Notes: a model not told the origin generated them from the letters alone. A DNA stretch of 52,453 nt from an uncultured Candidatus Saccharibacteria bacterium (GCA_964548505.1 CAZJQE010000001.1:1-52453), one strand, 5' to 3'. Shown: positions 17,296 to 25,977, numbered from the stretch's first letter. Made by a program: numbers and translations.

Positions 17296-18972
17296 TTATT
17301 CGCAAGAAAGGCCAAAAGGTTTTTGAGTCATAGTTTTTGGTAACCCAGTTGAATCTATACAAAAATAAGTACTATCGCTTAATTGTGAAGTTATAACAAA
17401 CTTGCTTTTACTATCTAGACAATATATGTCTGATTTTTCACCTGAAATATTTTTTACTTCTGTCAAAAAATCTTTTACCGGTTTAGACAAACAAAGCCCC
17501 TTGTATGTATTTTTTTTGGAAGGGTTATTTTCAAAATATACAATAGCATTCGGCTGTATCGCAGAAATTCTCGATTTTATTTCAGCATCTTTTGCCATTA
17601 CTTCAAATTGAACAAAAATTTCTTCAATTGTTTGACTTTCATTTGGAGCAACTACGGGTATTGATTGATTCCAATTGCTAAAGTTAGTAACTGAATTTAT
17701 TGCAACTTCTCCGTTTTCTGGCTTTTCTGAATCAGAAATACTTAAATTTATAACTAATTTTCTTGGCAGAGAATCTTTTCTGCTTATCCATACTTCACTT
17801 CCAGATAATTTAAATGAAGAGAATAGGCTATCTAAGTCTTCTTTAGAAAAAGTTACTGGTAGTGAAGTAGCAGATATAGTTTTCATATAATCTTCTACAT
17901 TCAAAACATAAGTTTTTATTCCGTCTACATCCAAGTCAAAAGTTAAATGGTAAGTAGATTCACTGTTTATATCTTCATTTGATAACTTTTTAACATTTTT
18001 TATAAAATTAGCATTTTTTGTAATTTCAACAAATTTACTTTTTTGCTCTTCTGTTAGCCCGTTAAAAACTTTTGGATCAATTCCCAAAGATGCCATAGGA
18101 TTCATAGGGTTTGCAATATCGTTTGGACCATTTTCCAAAGCAAAACTTATCCATTTATTTTCGAAAGAAGACAAATCGCCAATCATAGAAACTTTTGGCA
18201 TCTTCTTCACAACCGCATAAAAAACTTTATTTATGAATCTAAATTCAAGTGCTGTATTTATTGCTCCTGCGTCTAACCCAAATTCTAGTGATGATTTAAT
18301 ATTCTGTGGATCATTGTAATCATTCCCCCCTTTAAAATTAAAGGTAACTTTTGTTACAGAACCTACTTCCGTAGGTAATGCACTTTCTATTTCATTATTT
18401 TTTAAATTTGACCAATCTATGACAGTAGTATTATCAAAAGAATCGCTTTTCACTTGTACTAAGGCACTCATAGTCTTCTCCATTATTTTTGCTGGAGAAT
18501 CAAAGTATCCAATGTAATATCCGTAAGCCGCCCCTGCCCCCAGTATTATCACTATGAAAATTATTATGATTACTAAAATAATTTTCAATTTACTTTTCTT
18601 GGGTGTAATTTGTTGGTTTATTAATTTATTTCCAAATGGATTTATCATAGTGTTTGTAGCAGGATTGAGAGAAGAAACAGAATTGGGATTAATAATTCCA
18701 TTGCTAACTGGATTATACGTTTCTACCTTGGGCTGAGAAAATGTTTGTACTGGTTGCTGAATAGGTTTTTGTATAGGTGTTACCGGTTGAGTAGATTGCG
18801 CAGAAAAACCTTGAGAAATATTATTTACTACAGGTGGATATAAATTTTTAAATGCTTCCTCCACGTCGCTCCCCATCCATCCATTACCTAAAAGAAGTTT
18901 TTTAATATCTTCCAACGAAACACCTTTTAAGTGTTCTTGCTTTATATATTCCAACAATTCATTTGTGACCAT
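17296..18972 (-). CDS. Membrane-anchored extracytoplasmic protein, unknown function
   Basis: Cytoplasmic N-domain (LLEYIKQEHLKGVSLEDIKKLLLGNGW), a Pro/Gln-rich linker, one TM helix and a large external domain. The Cys-containing C-terminus (YFCIDSTG) is reminiscent of pilin-like C-termini. Confidence 0.55.
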   Translation of the reverse strand: MVTNELLEYIKQEHLKGVSLEDIKKLLLGNGWMGSDVEEAFKNLYPPVVNNISQGFSAQSTQPVTPIQKPIQQPVQTFSQPKVETYNPVSNGIINPNSVSSLNPATNTMINPFGNKLINQQITPKKSKLKIILVIIIIFIVIILGAGAAYGYYIGYFDSPAKIMEKTMSALVQVKSDSFDNTTVIDWSNLKNNEIESALPTEVGSVTKVTFNFKGGNDYNDPQNIKSSLEFGLDAGAINTALEFRFINKVFYAVVKKMPKVSMIGDLSSFENKWISFALENGPNDIANPMNPMASLGIDPKVFNGLTEEQKSKFVEITKNANFIKNVKKLSNEDINSESTYHLTFDLDVDGIKTYVLNVEDYMKTISATSLPVTFSKEDLDSLFSSFKLSGSEVWISRKDSLPRKLVINLSISDSEKPENGEVAINSVTNFSNWNQSIPVVAPNESQTIEEIFVQFEVMAKDAEIKSRISAIQPNAIVYFENNPSKKNTYKGLCLSKPVKDFLTEVKNISGEKSDIYCLDSKSKFVITSQLSDSTYFCIDSTGLPKTMTQKPFGLSCE

Positions 18973-18989
18973 AAAATTATTTAATTAAA

Positions 18990-19508
18990 TTATAAAAATT
19001 CCGACCAAGGAACATTTGAAAGAAAAATCAAAATATAAAGTATCGAAAAAATAATTGGAATCAATTTCTCTGTACTTGAAAGTGGCAAATATTTTTCTCT
19101 GTCTTTACCCTTACCTAAAAGCTCCCACTCTGTTTGGAAAAGTGCCAATGGTAATTTTTTCTCAGCTGAATGTATCACAGCGAATTTCGCTCTATTCAAT
19201 TGGCTATAAGAATTAATAATTCGATACCAGCAATAACAAATTGCCATTCCTACAAATGGCACCATCATAAAAAGTAAAGATTTTTCAACTGGGCTTTTGA
19301 TTTCAAAATATCCAAGAATCCCCATAATTGCTGTATTGATTCCTAAAAAAAATTCATTCGCTTTCCATCTGCGTTCATTAGCAGAATTAGACACGTGTAT
19401 ATAGATACGATATTGTTCTAAAAAGTGATCAATATATTTATCTGCGTGATTAACTTCATGGTCTGTATATCTTTTATATAATAAATTATCTATTTCGTCT
19501 CTTTCCAT
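18990..19508 (-). CDS. Multi-TM membrane protein, unknown function
   Basis: N-terminal cytoplasmic helix (FLEQYRIYIHVSNSANERRWKANEFFLGINTAI) followed by TM helices. There is a vague resemblance to small 2-TM effector-type proteins, but this is unverified. Confidence 0.5.
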   Translation of the reverse strand: MERDEIDNLLYKRYTDHEVNHADKYIDHFLEQYRIYIHVSNSANERRWKANEFFLGINTAIMGILGYFEIKSPVEKSLLFMMVPFVGMAICYCWYRIINSYSQLNRAKFAVIHSAEKKLPLALFQTEWELLGKGKDREKYLPLSSTEKLIPIIFSILYILIFLSNVPWSEFL

Positions 19509-19574
19509 CCCATTAGAAATTTAATTAATAATCTTTTTTACTTACTCCCCCGCCTCGTTAAATTTCTAACGGGA
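19508..19574. repeat. Long inverted repeat abutting a start codon (TCCCATTAGAAATTTAA / TTAAATTTCTAACGGGA)
   Basis: The arms lie at 19508-19524 and 19558-19574. The left arm begins at the last base of the minus-strand ATG of 18990..19508. Confidence 0.6.
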
Positions 19575-19615
19575 CAAGTACTTAAATAATAGTTAAATTC
19601 TAGTAATAAAGCAAA

Positions 19616-20338
19616 TTATTTTAAGTTTAAATAATACTTTCTTTTTGTTTCAGATAATCGCTCGATAGCATAGCGAATCATAGTACGAGGCATATTTTTT
19701 ATATTTTCTTTTAAGAATCTCTCAAGCTCAGCTTCAGTCACACGTTTCCCGACTTCCCGCAACATCCATCCACAAGCTTTATGTATTAAATCATGTTTAT
19801 CATTAAGTAAAATTTTTGCAATCTTGAAAGTCCATTCAAATTCTCCATTATAAATAAATTGAAATGTAGAAATTATTGCAATTCGTCTTTCCCATAAATT
19901 TTTTGATTTCGCGAGCTTTAAAAGTAAATTTCTATTCCTTTTTAGTAAAAAATCACCAACTATTCTTGGAGCAGATAAATCTACCAAATCCCAATTATTT
20001 ATATTTTTTGTATGAGCTAAATAAAACTCGCAAATTTCTTTTCTTTGGTCCGCTGAAGCCTTGGCGGAGGCGACTTTATACTTCTCTACTAGTATGAGAA
20101 TAGCCACAAGTCGTTCTTCGTGAAATTCACTTTTAATAAGTTTATCAATTTTAGATAGTGAAATAGTAGAATATTTTTTTACAATTTTACGTGAATCGGG
20201 TACTACTACTCCCAAAAATTTATCACCTTCACCATATTGTCCAACTCCAGTTTTAAAAAAACGAGACAAAATAATAGCCTTTTCATTACTTGCATACTCT
20301 AATAAATCTTCTCTTAATTTTGTTAAATCATTAGACAT
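19616..20338 (-). CDS. DNA alkylation repair protein (AlkD/AlkC-like HEAT-repeat family)
   Basis: FFKTGVGQYGEGDKFLGV, NNWDLVDLSAPRIVG, LWERRIAIISTF and KACGWMLREVGK. Confidence 0.85.
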   Translation of the reverse strand: MSNDLTKLREDLLEYASNEKAIILSRFFKTGVGQYGEGDKFLGVVVPDSRKIVKKYSTISLSKIDKLIKSEFHEERLVAILILVEKYKVASAKASADQRKEICEFYLAHTKNINNWDLVDLSAPRIVGDFLLKRNRNLLLKLAKSKNLWERRIAIISTFQFIYNGEFEWTFKIAKILLNDKHDLIHKACGWMLREVGKRVTEAELERFLKENIKNMPRTMIRYAIERLSETKRKYYLNLK

Positions 20339-20756
20339 TTTCTATAGGAAAATTTTCTGGTAACTTAATTGCACAATGTGCACACCTGGTAGCTTCTATT
20401 GGAATTTCACTTAAACATTCTGGGCATTTTTTGGAAGAAGGATCAGCTGGTGCTTCTTTTTTACTTCTAGATACAAGAAAATTTATCGGAGTAATTACAA
20501 AAAAATAAATAATCGAAGCAATAATCAAAAATGAGACGAAGGAATTTAGCACCTCTCCGTACATAAATTTACTCCCATTTATTTTAAAGAAAAGACCAGA
20601 AAAATCTTCCGTTTTTATGAGTGCTCCCATGAGAGGTGTAATCAAACCCTTTACAATAGAATTAACGATATTCGTAAAAGCTGCTCCTACTACGACACCC
20701 ACAGCAAGGTCTACAACATTCCCTCGTAAAACAAATTGTTTAAATCCTTTTAACAT
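20331..20756 (-). CDS. mscL: Large-conductance mechanosensitive channel with a C-terminal zinc-ribbon extension
   Basis: FKQFVLRGNVVDLAVGVVVGAAFTNIVNSIVKGLITPL is a typical MscL sequence. The tail carries CPECLSEIPIEATRCAHC. Confidence 0.9.
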   Translation of the reverse strand: MLKGFKQFVLRGNVVDLAVGVVVGAAFTNIVNSIVKGLITPLMGALIKTEDFSGLFFKINGSKFMYGEVLNSFVSFLIIASIIYFFVITPINFLVSRSKKEAPADPSSKKCPECLSEIPIEATRCAHCAIKLPENFPIENV

Positions 20757-20782
20757 AAATTTTTTAATTTAATCTTTAATTA

Positions 20783-20908
20783 TTAATCAAGTCCATTATA
20801 CGCAGCCCAGTAAACTTGGTCTCTTAAAACAAGGTACTGTTTTACCGCTAAAAAAACAGTAAAAAAAGAAACCATAAACATTATAATCAAAATTGAATTT
20901 CTGTTCAT
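20783..20908 (-). CDS. Possible 41-aa membrane peptide
   Basis: MNRNSILIIMFMVSFFTVFLAVKQYLVLRDQVYWAAYNGLD, lying between the DoxX-like gene and mscL. It is below the ORF-track size cut-off. Confidence 0.3.
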   Translation of the reverse strand: MNRNSILIIMFMVSFFTVFLAVKQYLVLRDQVYWAAYNGLD

Positions 20909-20916
20909 TGTATCTT

Positions 20917-21474
20917 TTATGTAGTCTTTCTATTTAAAAACAATTTTCCATTTTCCCAAGGAACACCAAAGAATGGCAAGATAAAGTAATCAAGTCCTAA
21001 AAATCCAGACACTCTCCAAGCAAGTAAAATAAATAATCCAAAAATAAGTAAGATTGGATTGGTACTTACTGCTCCAGCCAATAAATAATTTAAATTCATA
21101 AAGCCTCCAAAGAATGCTGCAATTCCTGTAAATGCACCCAAGATAAGTGCAATACCAACCAATATTTCTCCGTAAACTACAAGATGTGACCAAAAACCAG
21201 CATACGGCAACACAAATTTCTCAAGAAAAAATCCGTACCATACTTGTACGTCAGGATGTGCTCCAGCTGTTTTTGCAAGTGCGCCATTGGCAAATCCTGC
21301 CAATGCACTTCCGGCTTGGTCTCCTGTCCAAGAAACCACTCCCAACTTTCCCCAACCAGCCAATAACCATTCAACCCCTATGTAAACCCTTACCAAAAAC
21401 CAAAGCCATGATATTTTTGGATTCGTAAAAAGAAAACGAGATAAAGGAGACTCTACAATATTAATGTATTTCAT
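20917..21474 (-). CDS. DoxX/DoxD-like membrane protein
   Basis: WLWFLVRVYIGVEWLLAGWGKL and four TM helices resemble the DoxX family. Confidence 0.5.
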   Translation of the reverse strand: MKYINIVESPLSRFLFTNPKISWLWFLVRVYIGVEWLLAGWGKLGVVSWTGDQAGSALAGFANGALAKTAGAHPDVQVWYGFFLEKFVLPYAGFWSHLVVYGEILVGIALILGAFTGIAAFFGGFMNLNYLLAGAVSTNPILLIFGLFILLAWRVSGFLGLDYFILPFFGVPWENGKLFLNRKTT

Positions 21475-21514
21475 TTAAATGATTTAAAATTTGTAATAAG
21501 TATATTCTATCATA

Positions 21515-21790
21515 TTATTCCACAATTTTCGCATCAACTTTTATCGTTTCATTATCCTTCTCATGTTCTTTAGAATTTCGAAAAATTTTCATTCGTTTTT
21601 TTAATGCTCTACCTGCAAACATAGATAAACCTGTAATAAAAATTGAAATAAATAATGTTCCAAAAATCATCACAAAAAAAAGAAACTTTGCAAGCCAATA
21701 CGGCCCGCCCAAAAAATGGGTGTAGCCCAAGAAGAAAAAGAGTAATATCAACAAAAAACTGTTTCCAAATTTTATACTTCTTAAATACAT
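21515..21790 (-). CDS. Small membrane protein, unknown function
   Basis: Two TM helices followed by a basic tail. Confidence 0.45.
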   Translation of the reverse strand: MYLRSIKFGNSFLLILLFFFLGYTHFLGGPYWLAKFLFFVMIFGTLFISIFITGLSMFAGRALKKRMKIFRNSKEHEKDNETIKVDAKIVE

Positions 21791-21826
21791 AGGTACTTAA
21801 TTATACATTAATAAATTACTTAATAA

Positions 21827-21870
21827 AAATAAAAAACCCTCACAGTGCAAAATGTGCTGCACTGGAAGGG
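21827..21870 (-). terminator. Rho-independent terminator after 21879..22232
   Basis: CCCTCACAGTGCA...TGCACTGGAAGGG. The plus-strand A-run gives a U-tract on the minus strand. Confidence 0.7.
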
Positions 21871-21878
21871 CATTATGG

Positions 21879-22232
21879 TTACTTTCTGGTGAGATGTTTA
21901 TCCAGAAATTCAATAAAATACTTAGAAGGCTTTTGTAATTCATCCACCTTGAATGAAAAATCAATTCCTTTGAAATTATTAAGATCGGAACTTGAAAGAG
22001 AAAATATTGAAATTATTATCGCATTTTTAGTCCCAAATTTTTCCTTATATTCCAAAGGAATTATATCACCATTTTTGATGTGATAAGCTGAAAGAAATAA
22101 TAAATCAGCTTTTTTTTCTTTATCACCAATAGAAATAAACTCGACTTCCTTATACTTTTCGAGAATACGAATCTCTAGTTCTTTTGGCAAAAAAAGATAA
22201 TTCGGCAACTCTGTTAAAATGTTGTAGTTCAT
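21879..22232 (-). CDS. Hypothetical protein
   Basis: Clean ORF followed by a terminator. No recognised motif. Confidence 0.5.
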   Translation of the reverse strand: MNYNILTELPNYLFLPKELEIRILEKYKEVEFISIGDKEKKADLLFLSAYHIKNGDIIPLEYKEKFGTKNAIIISIFSLSSSDLNNFKGIDFSFKVDELQKPSKYFIEFLDKHLTRK

Positions 22233-22375
22233 AGTTTTTATATATTTATGGTTAATAATGATTATTGAATTACCCCTATCTCTTTAAAGAAACAAAGATA
22301 ATTCAACAAAACATAAAAACCCCTTTTTCAAGGTACCAATAACCTATTTACATATTAGCATATATTTCACCTAAA

Positions 22376-22405
22376 GTCAAAACTACAAGGGTTACCCTTG
22401 TAGTT
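22376..22405 (-). terminator. Hairpin, possible terminator after 22415..22681
   Basis: ACTACAAGGGT-T-ACCCTTGTAGT. The U-tract is weak. Confidence 0.45.
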
Positions 22406-22414
22406 GTTCTTATT

Positions 22415-22681
22415 TTATTTATGTTTTTTCCACCAACTTGGATATTCTCCAAAACGAAAGCATAGAAAATCAAACAAGAGCATTATCACAATCGCCCATG
22501 GCGCAAAGCTAATCAAAGTGTCACTTCCAGAGTGAGACATCAAATCAATTATCATAAATATTTTTACAAAAATAACTACGAGTAAAAAAGTTAGAAACCA
22601 CCCTTGGATTGAAGCTGGATAATAAAAAGCAAAATATTTCCAAAACTTCGCCGGTCTAAACCAAAATTTTTCTTCTTTCAT
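22415..22681 (-). CDS. Trp-rich small membrane protein (paralog of 51534..51785)
   Basis: KFWFRPAKFW...QGWFLTFLLVV resembles KIWFRKKLYGWGW...QGWLVILIWAV in the other copy. Confidence 0.5.
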   Translation of the reverse strand: MKEEKFWFRPAKFWKYFAFYYPASIQGWFLTFLLVVIFVKIFMIIDLMSHSGSDTLISFAPWAIVIMLLFDFLCFRFGEYPSWWKKHK

Positions 22682-22697
22682 ATGTATATATTATATC

Positions 22698-22765
22698 ACC
22701 CGATAGTAGATTTTAATAACGCCCAAAGGGCATGTTTTACATATTATTAAAATTCACTATCGGGT
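22698..22765. repeat. Long imperfect hairpin element, copy 1 (family shared with 38113-38189)
   Basis: ACCCGATAGTAGATTTTAATAA ... TTATTAAAATTCACTATCGGGT, with an apical GCCC-AAA-GGGC hairpin. It starts 1 nt after the stop codon of the upstream minus-strand gene. Confidence 0.7.
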
Positions 22766-22766
22766 A

Positions 22767-22991
22767 TCACTTTTCTAATACCAAAAGCTTACTTGGGCTC
22801 TGATGTCCGTTCACTATTCTTACTTTCCCTTTTGGGATTTGAAAATAATCAGCGACAATTTCAAGGACTTTTTTGTTTGCCATATTTCTCTCGGCTTTTT
22901 CTTTTACTTTAATTTCAAAATGGTCTTCGCTTATTTGCTTTATTTCCTCTTTCTTGGCTCTCGCTTCTACTTTTACTCTGATGTAAATCAT
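22767..22991 (-). CDS. DUF167 (YggU-like) protein
   Basis: IRVKVEARAKKEEI...EIKVKEKAERNMANKKVLEIVADYFQIPKGKVRIVNGHQSPSKLL fits the DUF167 pattern. Confidence 0.8.
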   Translation of the reverse strand: MIYIRVKVEARAKKEEIKQISEDHFEIKVKEKAERNMANKKVLEIVADYFQIPKGKVRIVNGHQSPSKLLVLEK

Positions 22992-23000
22992 TTTTACATT

Positions 23001-23040
23001 TTTTCAATATCTTTCAATATCTTTCAATATCTTTCAATAT
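23001..23040. repeat. 10-bp tandem repeat, 4 copies ((C/T)TTTCAATAT)
   Basis: Read directly from the sequence. It spans the bcp stop codon (23014-23016) and the spacer before the DUF167 gene. Confidence 0.9.
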
Positions 23041-23448
23041 TTGTGCCGCATGATTGGCAGGATCCACTTTTGGATAAACTTTTACAATTACTCCCTTTTC
23101 AATTAAATATGAAATTCGCTTATTGAAAGGAAAAGCGAAAGCGCCATATTCTTTTATCACTTTTTTGTCTGGGTCAGATAAAAGAGTAAAAGGCAAATTG
23201 TACTTTTCCTGAAACTTTTTATGACTCTCTGGTGAGTCAGCCGACACGCCAATCACTGTAATCCCTGCTTTTTTGAAATCATCATAAACTTCTGTAATTG
23301 CGCAAGCTTCCATGGTGCATCCTGGTGTATCATCTTTTGGATAGAAATACAAAAGCACCTTCCCTTCCGTATAGTTTGATAATTTTTGTTCTACGCTAAA
23401 CTGATCTAGTAAACTAAAATCAATTATTTTTGTTCCTTCTGTTAACAT
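23014..23448 (-). CDS. bcp: Thiol peroxidase / peroxiredoxin Bcp
   Basis: FYPKDDTPGCTMEAC with the peroxidatic Cys. AhpC/TSA fold. Confidence 0.9.
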   Translation of the reverse strand: MLTEGTKIIDFSLLDQFSVEQKLSNYTEGKVLLYFYPKDDTPGCTMEACAITEVYDDFKKAGITVIGVSADSPESHKKFQEKYNLPFTLLSDPDKKVIKEYGAFAFPFNKRISYLIEKGVIVKVYPKVDPANHAAQILKDIERY

Positions 23449-23557
23449 AAATTTTTTATAAATTAATAGTAATTTTTGCTTGTAAAACTTATATCTAATT
23501 ATACCATTTTTTGAATAGTTTTAACTTTGATTTTGCGAAATCATGCCACGCAACCGA

Positions 23558-23833
23558 CTAATAAGCGTAACTACAGAAAAGTTTCAATTTGTCAGTCCTT
23601 TTTAATTTTTTTATACGGGCTTCTTCTTGAGATGCAAGCGAACGATTTTTAAACTTTTTTGAATATACCACCTTTACTGGCCTTCGAGATGAAGTATACT
23701 TTGCTCCAAGCTTAGTGCTATTATGTTCCCCTACTCGCCGTTTTAAATCTGTAGTGATTCCAGTATACAAAGTCTTATCAGTACATAAAAGAATGTAAAG
23801 GAAATATGTTTTAGTTGTTTTTTTATTTTTCAT
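23558..23833 (-). CDS. GIY-YIG nuclease family protein (UPF0213-like)
   Basis: YFLYILLCTDKTLYTGITTDLKRRVGEHN. Confidence 0.85.
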   Translation of the reverse strand: MKNKKTTKTYFLYILLCTDKTLYTGITTDLKRRVGEHNSTKLGAKYTSSRRPVKVVYSKKFKNRSLASQEEARIKKLKRTDKLKLFCSYAY

Positions 23834-23919
23834 TATTTTAAATTACAAATCAATTTTATCACTTTACAGTCAAAAAACTAATATTTGACATATTTATTTT
23901 TAAGTTGTAAACTATATAA

Positions 23920-24103
23920 GGATAAACAATGCTCGCATTAGAGCAAAAAATATACTCCGTAGAAGCATTTTTTTCTGAATTTTGATGCTCAAACGGAGCA
24001 CGTGGTTAATGGGGCCGATTACCCCAAGGGCCACAGAACGTGATCCCATACAAAAGAGATGGCAACGTTCACCCACCACCGGACAACCGTTCGGTGGCTT
24101 TTT
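23920..24103 (+). ncRNA. Candidate structured small RNA (unclassified)
   Basis: Promoter TTGACA(23885)-17 nt-TAAACT(23908). The G+C-rich segment 23990-24097 contains nested hairpins (CTCCGT/ACGGAG, CACGTGG/CCAC..ACGTG, GGGG/CCCC). A terminator follows: CCACCGGAC-AACC-GTTCGGTGG plus CTTTTTATTT. There is no convincing plus-strand ORF. Confidence 0.4.
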
Positions 24104-25529
24104 ATTTCTTTCTTTTTCGTCTAGGTTTTGTTTTTGATTTTTGAGACACAGACACTCGTGAGACAAAATTATTTTGCATTTTTTCAAGTTCAGATTTTGA
24201 AAGTTTCTTAAATAGTTCCCCATTCTCTTTGCTTTCTTTTTTGAAATCTTTATCAAGCAGAAGTACTTCTGGATCTGCCAAGAGTGCATCTCTGTGAAAC
24301 CCCACGAGTCTGACGCCTTCCAAAGTACGTGCTCGAGAAAGTGCTACATAACCCATTCCATAAGCAAAAGTTTTTGATAAATCAATTTCTGCAGAATCCA
24401 AACTCATCCCTTGGCTTTTATGAATCGTGATAGCCCAAGCCAGACGCAAAGGTAATTGTGAAATCACTGCTTTTTGTTTTCCATTTTCTTCAATCCCCCA
24501 TTCTTCAGGAGTAACTGTGATTTCAGTTCCATTTTGTAACCTAATAATCGGACTATCGTCTGACAGGAATGTATAAACTTTTCCCCGCGTTCCATTAGCA
24601 TATCCTTTCTCAAAATTATTTTTTAAGAACATTACCTCTGCCCCAATTTTCAAACGCAAAATCTCGGGCGCCAAACAACTTTTCTTTAGTATTGAAACAA
24701 GTACCGGAGTCCCTTCATCTTTCATTTGGTAAGTTTTTTCAGACCCGCCAATTTTATTCAAACGTATTTGGTTGATAACGTCCACATCCATGTTGTGTGT
24801 ATAAAGCCGAGTTGGCTCTATGCCCAATGGTAACTTCACGTCAATTCTTGATTCAATAAGTTCAAAATGTTTGTCGGAAACATTTCCTGCGCGCACTGCA
24901 TTTAATATTTCTAAAAATTCTGTGTCTTCCTGACGATATTGCTCGGAGAGATAGCACACCGCCGGACGCATCGTCCGCCAAGCACGCGAATGAATTACCA
25001 TGTCTTTTGGGGTCTCATCTTCTGTCTCTTCTTCGTTTGTAAAAAGGTTAATACTTGGCTCTTTTTTTATTTCAGTCGGTGCAACACTTTTTCTAACCGG
25101 AGGCAATTGAAAAAAATCGCCACACAGGATCACTTGCATTCCGCCAAAAGCCCGTTCATTCCTTTTTAAATGCCGGCAAATCCATTCCACCATATCTAGC
25201 CTTTTCGCATCGAGCATTGAAACTTCATCAATAATTAAAACATTTGTGTTTTGAATTCTCTTTACTAAATATTCCTTGCTCTCCAACATTTCTAAATCAT
25301 ATTGTGACAGATTGTCTCGAATACCAATCCCCGCCCAAGCATGAATCGTCATTCCACTCAGATGTGTAGCCGCGATGCCGGTAGATGCTGTCACTGCCGT
25401 TGGAATATTTTTATCTCGCAAATAATTTATATATTGATTAAGAAGATGCGTTTTCCCAGAACCAGCCGAACCAGTGATGAAAACATTCACTCCACTTTTC
25501 AAAATCTCCAATGCTTCCTTTTGTGTCAT
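24102..25529 (-). CDS. Pif1/RecD-like SF1B DNA helicase
   Basis: Walker A GSAGSGKTHLL, VLIIDEVSMLD, ILCGDFFQLPPV and AITIHKSQGMSLD. Confidence 0.9.
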   Translation of the reverse strand: MTQKEALEILKSGVNVFITGSAGSGKTHLLNQYINYLRDKNIPTAVTASTGIAATHLSGMTIHAWAGIGIRDNLSQYDLEMLESKEYLVKRIQNTNVLIIDEVSMLDAKRLDMVEWICRHLKRNERAFGGMQVILCGDFFQLPPVRKSVAPTEIKKEPSINLFTNEEETEDETPKDMVIHSRAWRTMRPAVCYLSEQYRQEDTEFLEILNAVRAGNVSDKHFELIESRIDVKLPLGIEPTRLYTHNMDVDVINQIRLNKIGGSEKTYQMKDEGTPVLVSILKKSCLAPEILRLKIGAEVMFLKNNFEKGYANGTRGKVYTFLSDDSPIIRLQNGTEITVTPEEWGIEENGKQKAVISQLPLRLAWAITIHKSQGMSLDSAEIDLSKTFAYGMGYVALSRARTLEGVRLVGFHRDALLADPEVLLLDKDFKKESKENGELFKKLSKSELEKMQNNFVSRVSVSQKSKTKPRRKRKK

Positions 25530-25575
25530 TTTCCCATTGTAACAGATTTTTTTAAATTTTTATTTTTCAAGACAC

Positions 25576-25971
25576 TTACCAATTTTTTAGGGTAATTGTG
25601 ATTTGAAGCACAGTCGCAAAACATACCCATGCGAGATATGGGAGGTTTGCATATGCGACATATCGCAAGTGTGGCCAAATAGCGAAAAGTGCCCATACGA
25701 GTGTGCCAAGCACAAGAAGAATGTCCACCATGGCTAGTGCATTATTTCGAAGTCCAAATTGGATTGAAGTAAAAGCAAAATTAAAAACAAGATTTAAGAC
25801 AAATGGCAATGCCACGATTGCTGGAATTTGCTTATTTACTACTTTATAAAAAACCGTGCCATAAGTTGCTGCGATTATAATATAGAGCACTGTCCATACC
25901 GGCCCAAAAAGCCACGAAGGAGGTGCCCAAGATGGTTTTACAAGTTGCGAGTACCATTCATATGATTTCAT
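25576..25971 (-). CDS. tspO: TspO/MBR family tryptophan-rich sensory protein
   Basis: WYSQLVKPSWAPPSWLFGPVWTVLYIIIA. Confidence 0.85.
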   Translation of the reverse strand: MKSYEWYSQLVKPSWAPPSWLFGPVWTVLYIIIAATYGTVFYKVVNKQIPAIVALPFVLNLVFNFAFTSIQFGLRNNALAMVDILLVLGTLVWALFAIWPHLRYVAYANLPYLAWVCFATVLQITITLKNW

Positions 25972-25977
25972 AAATTT

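Noticed and set aside
17102-17362. 86-aa minus-strand ORF overlapping the zinc-ribbon gene and the end of 17296..18972
   Set aside because: It overlaps two better-supported genes. The plus-strand CxxC..CxxC reading is the more protein-like.
23001-23040. CRISPR array, considered for the 10-bp tandem repeat and for the dispersed palindromes
   Set aside because: There are no regularly spaced repeat-spacer units of 25-40 nt anywhere in the window. The tandem repeat has no spacers. The palindromes are kilobases apart.
23912-24289. 125-aa minus-strand ORF overlapping the 3' end of the Pif1-type helicase gene
   Set aside because: It overlaps the helicase coding region in another frame. It runs through the G+C-rich structured segment. 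The translation has no features.
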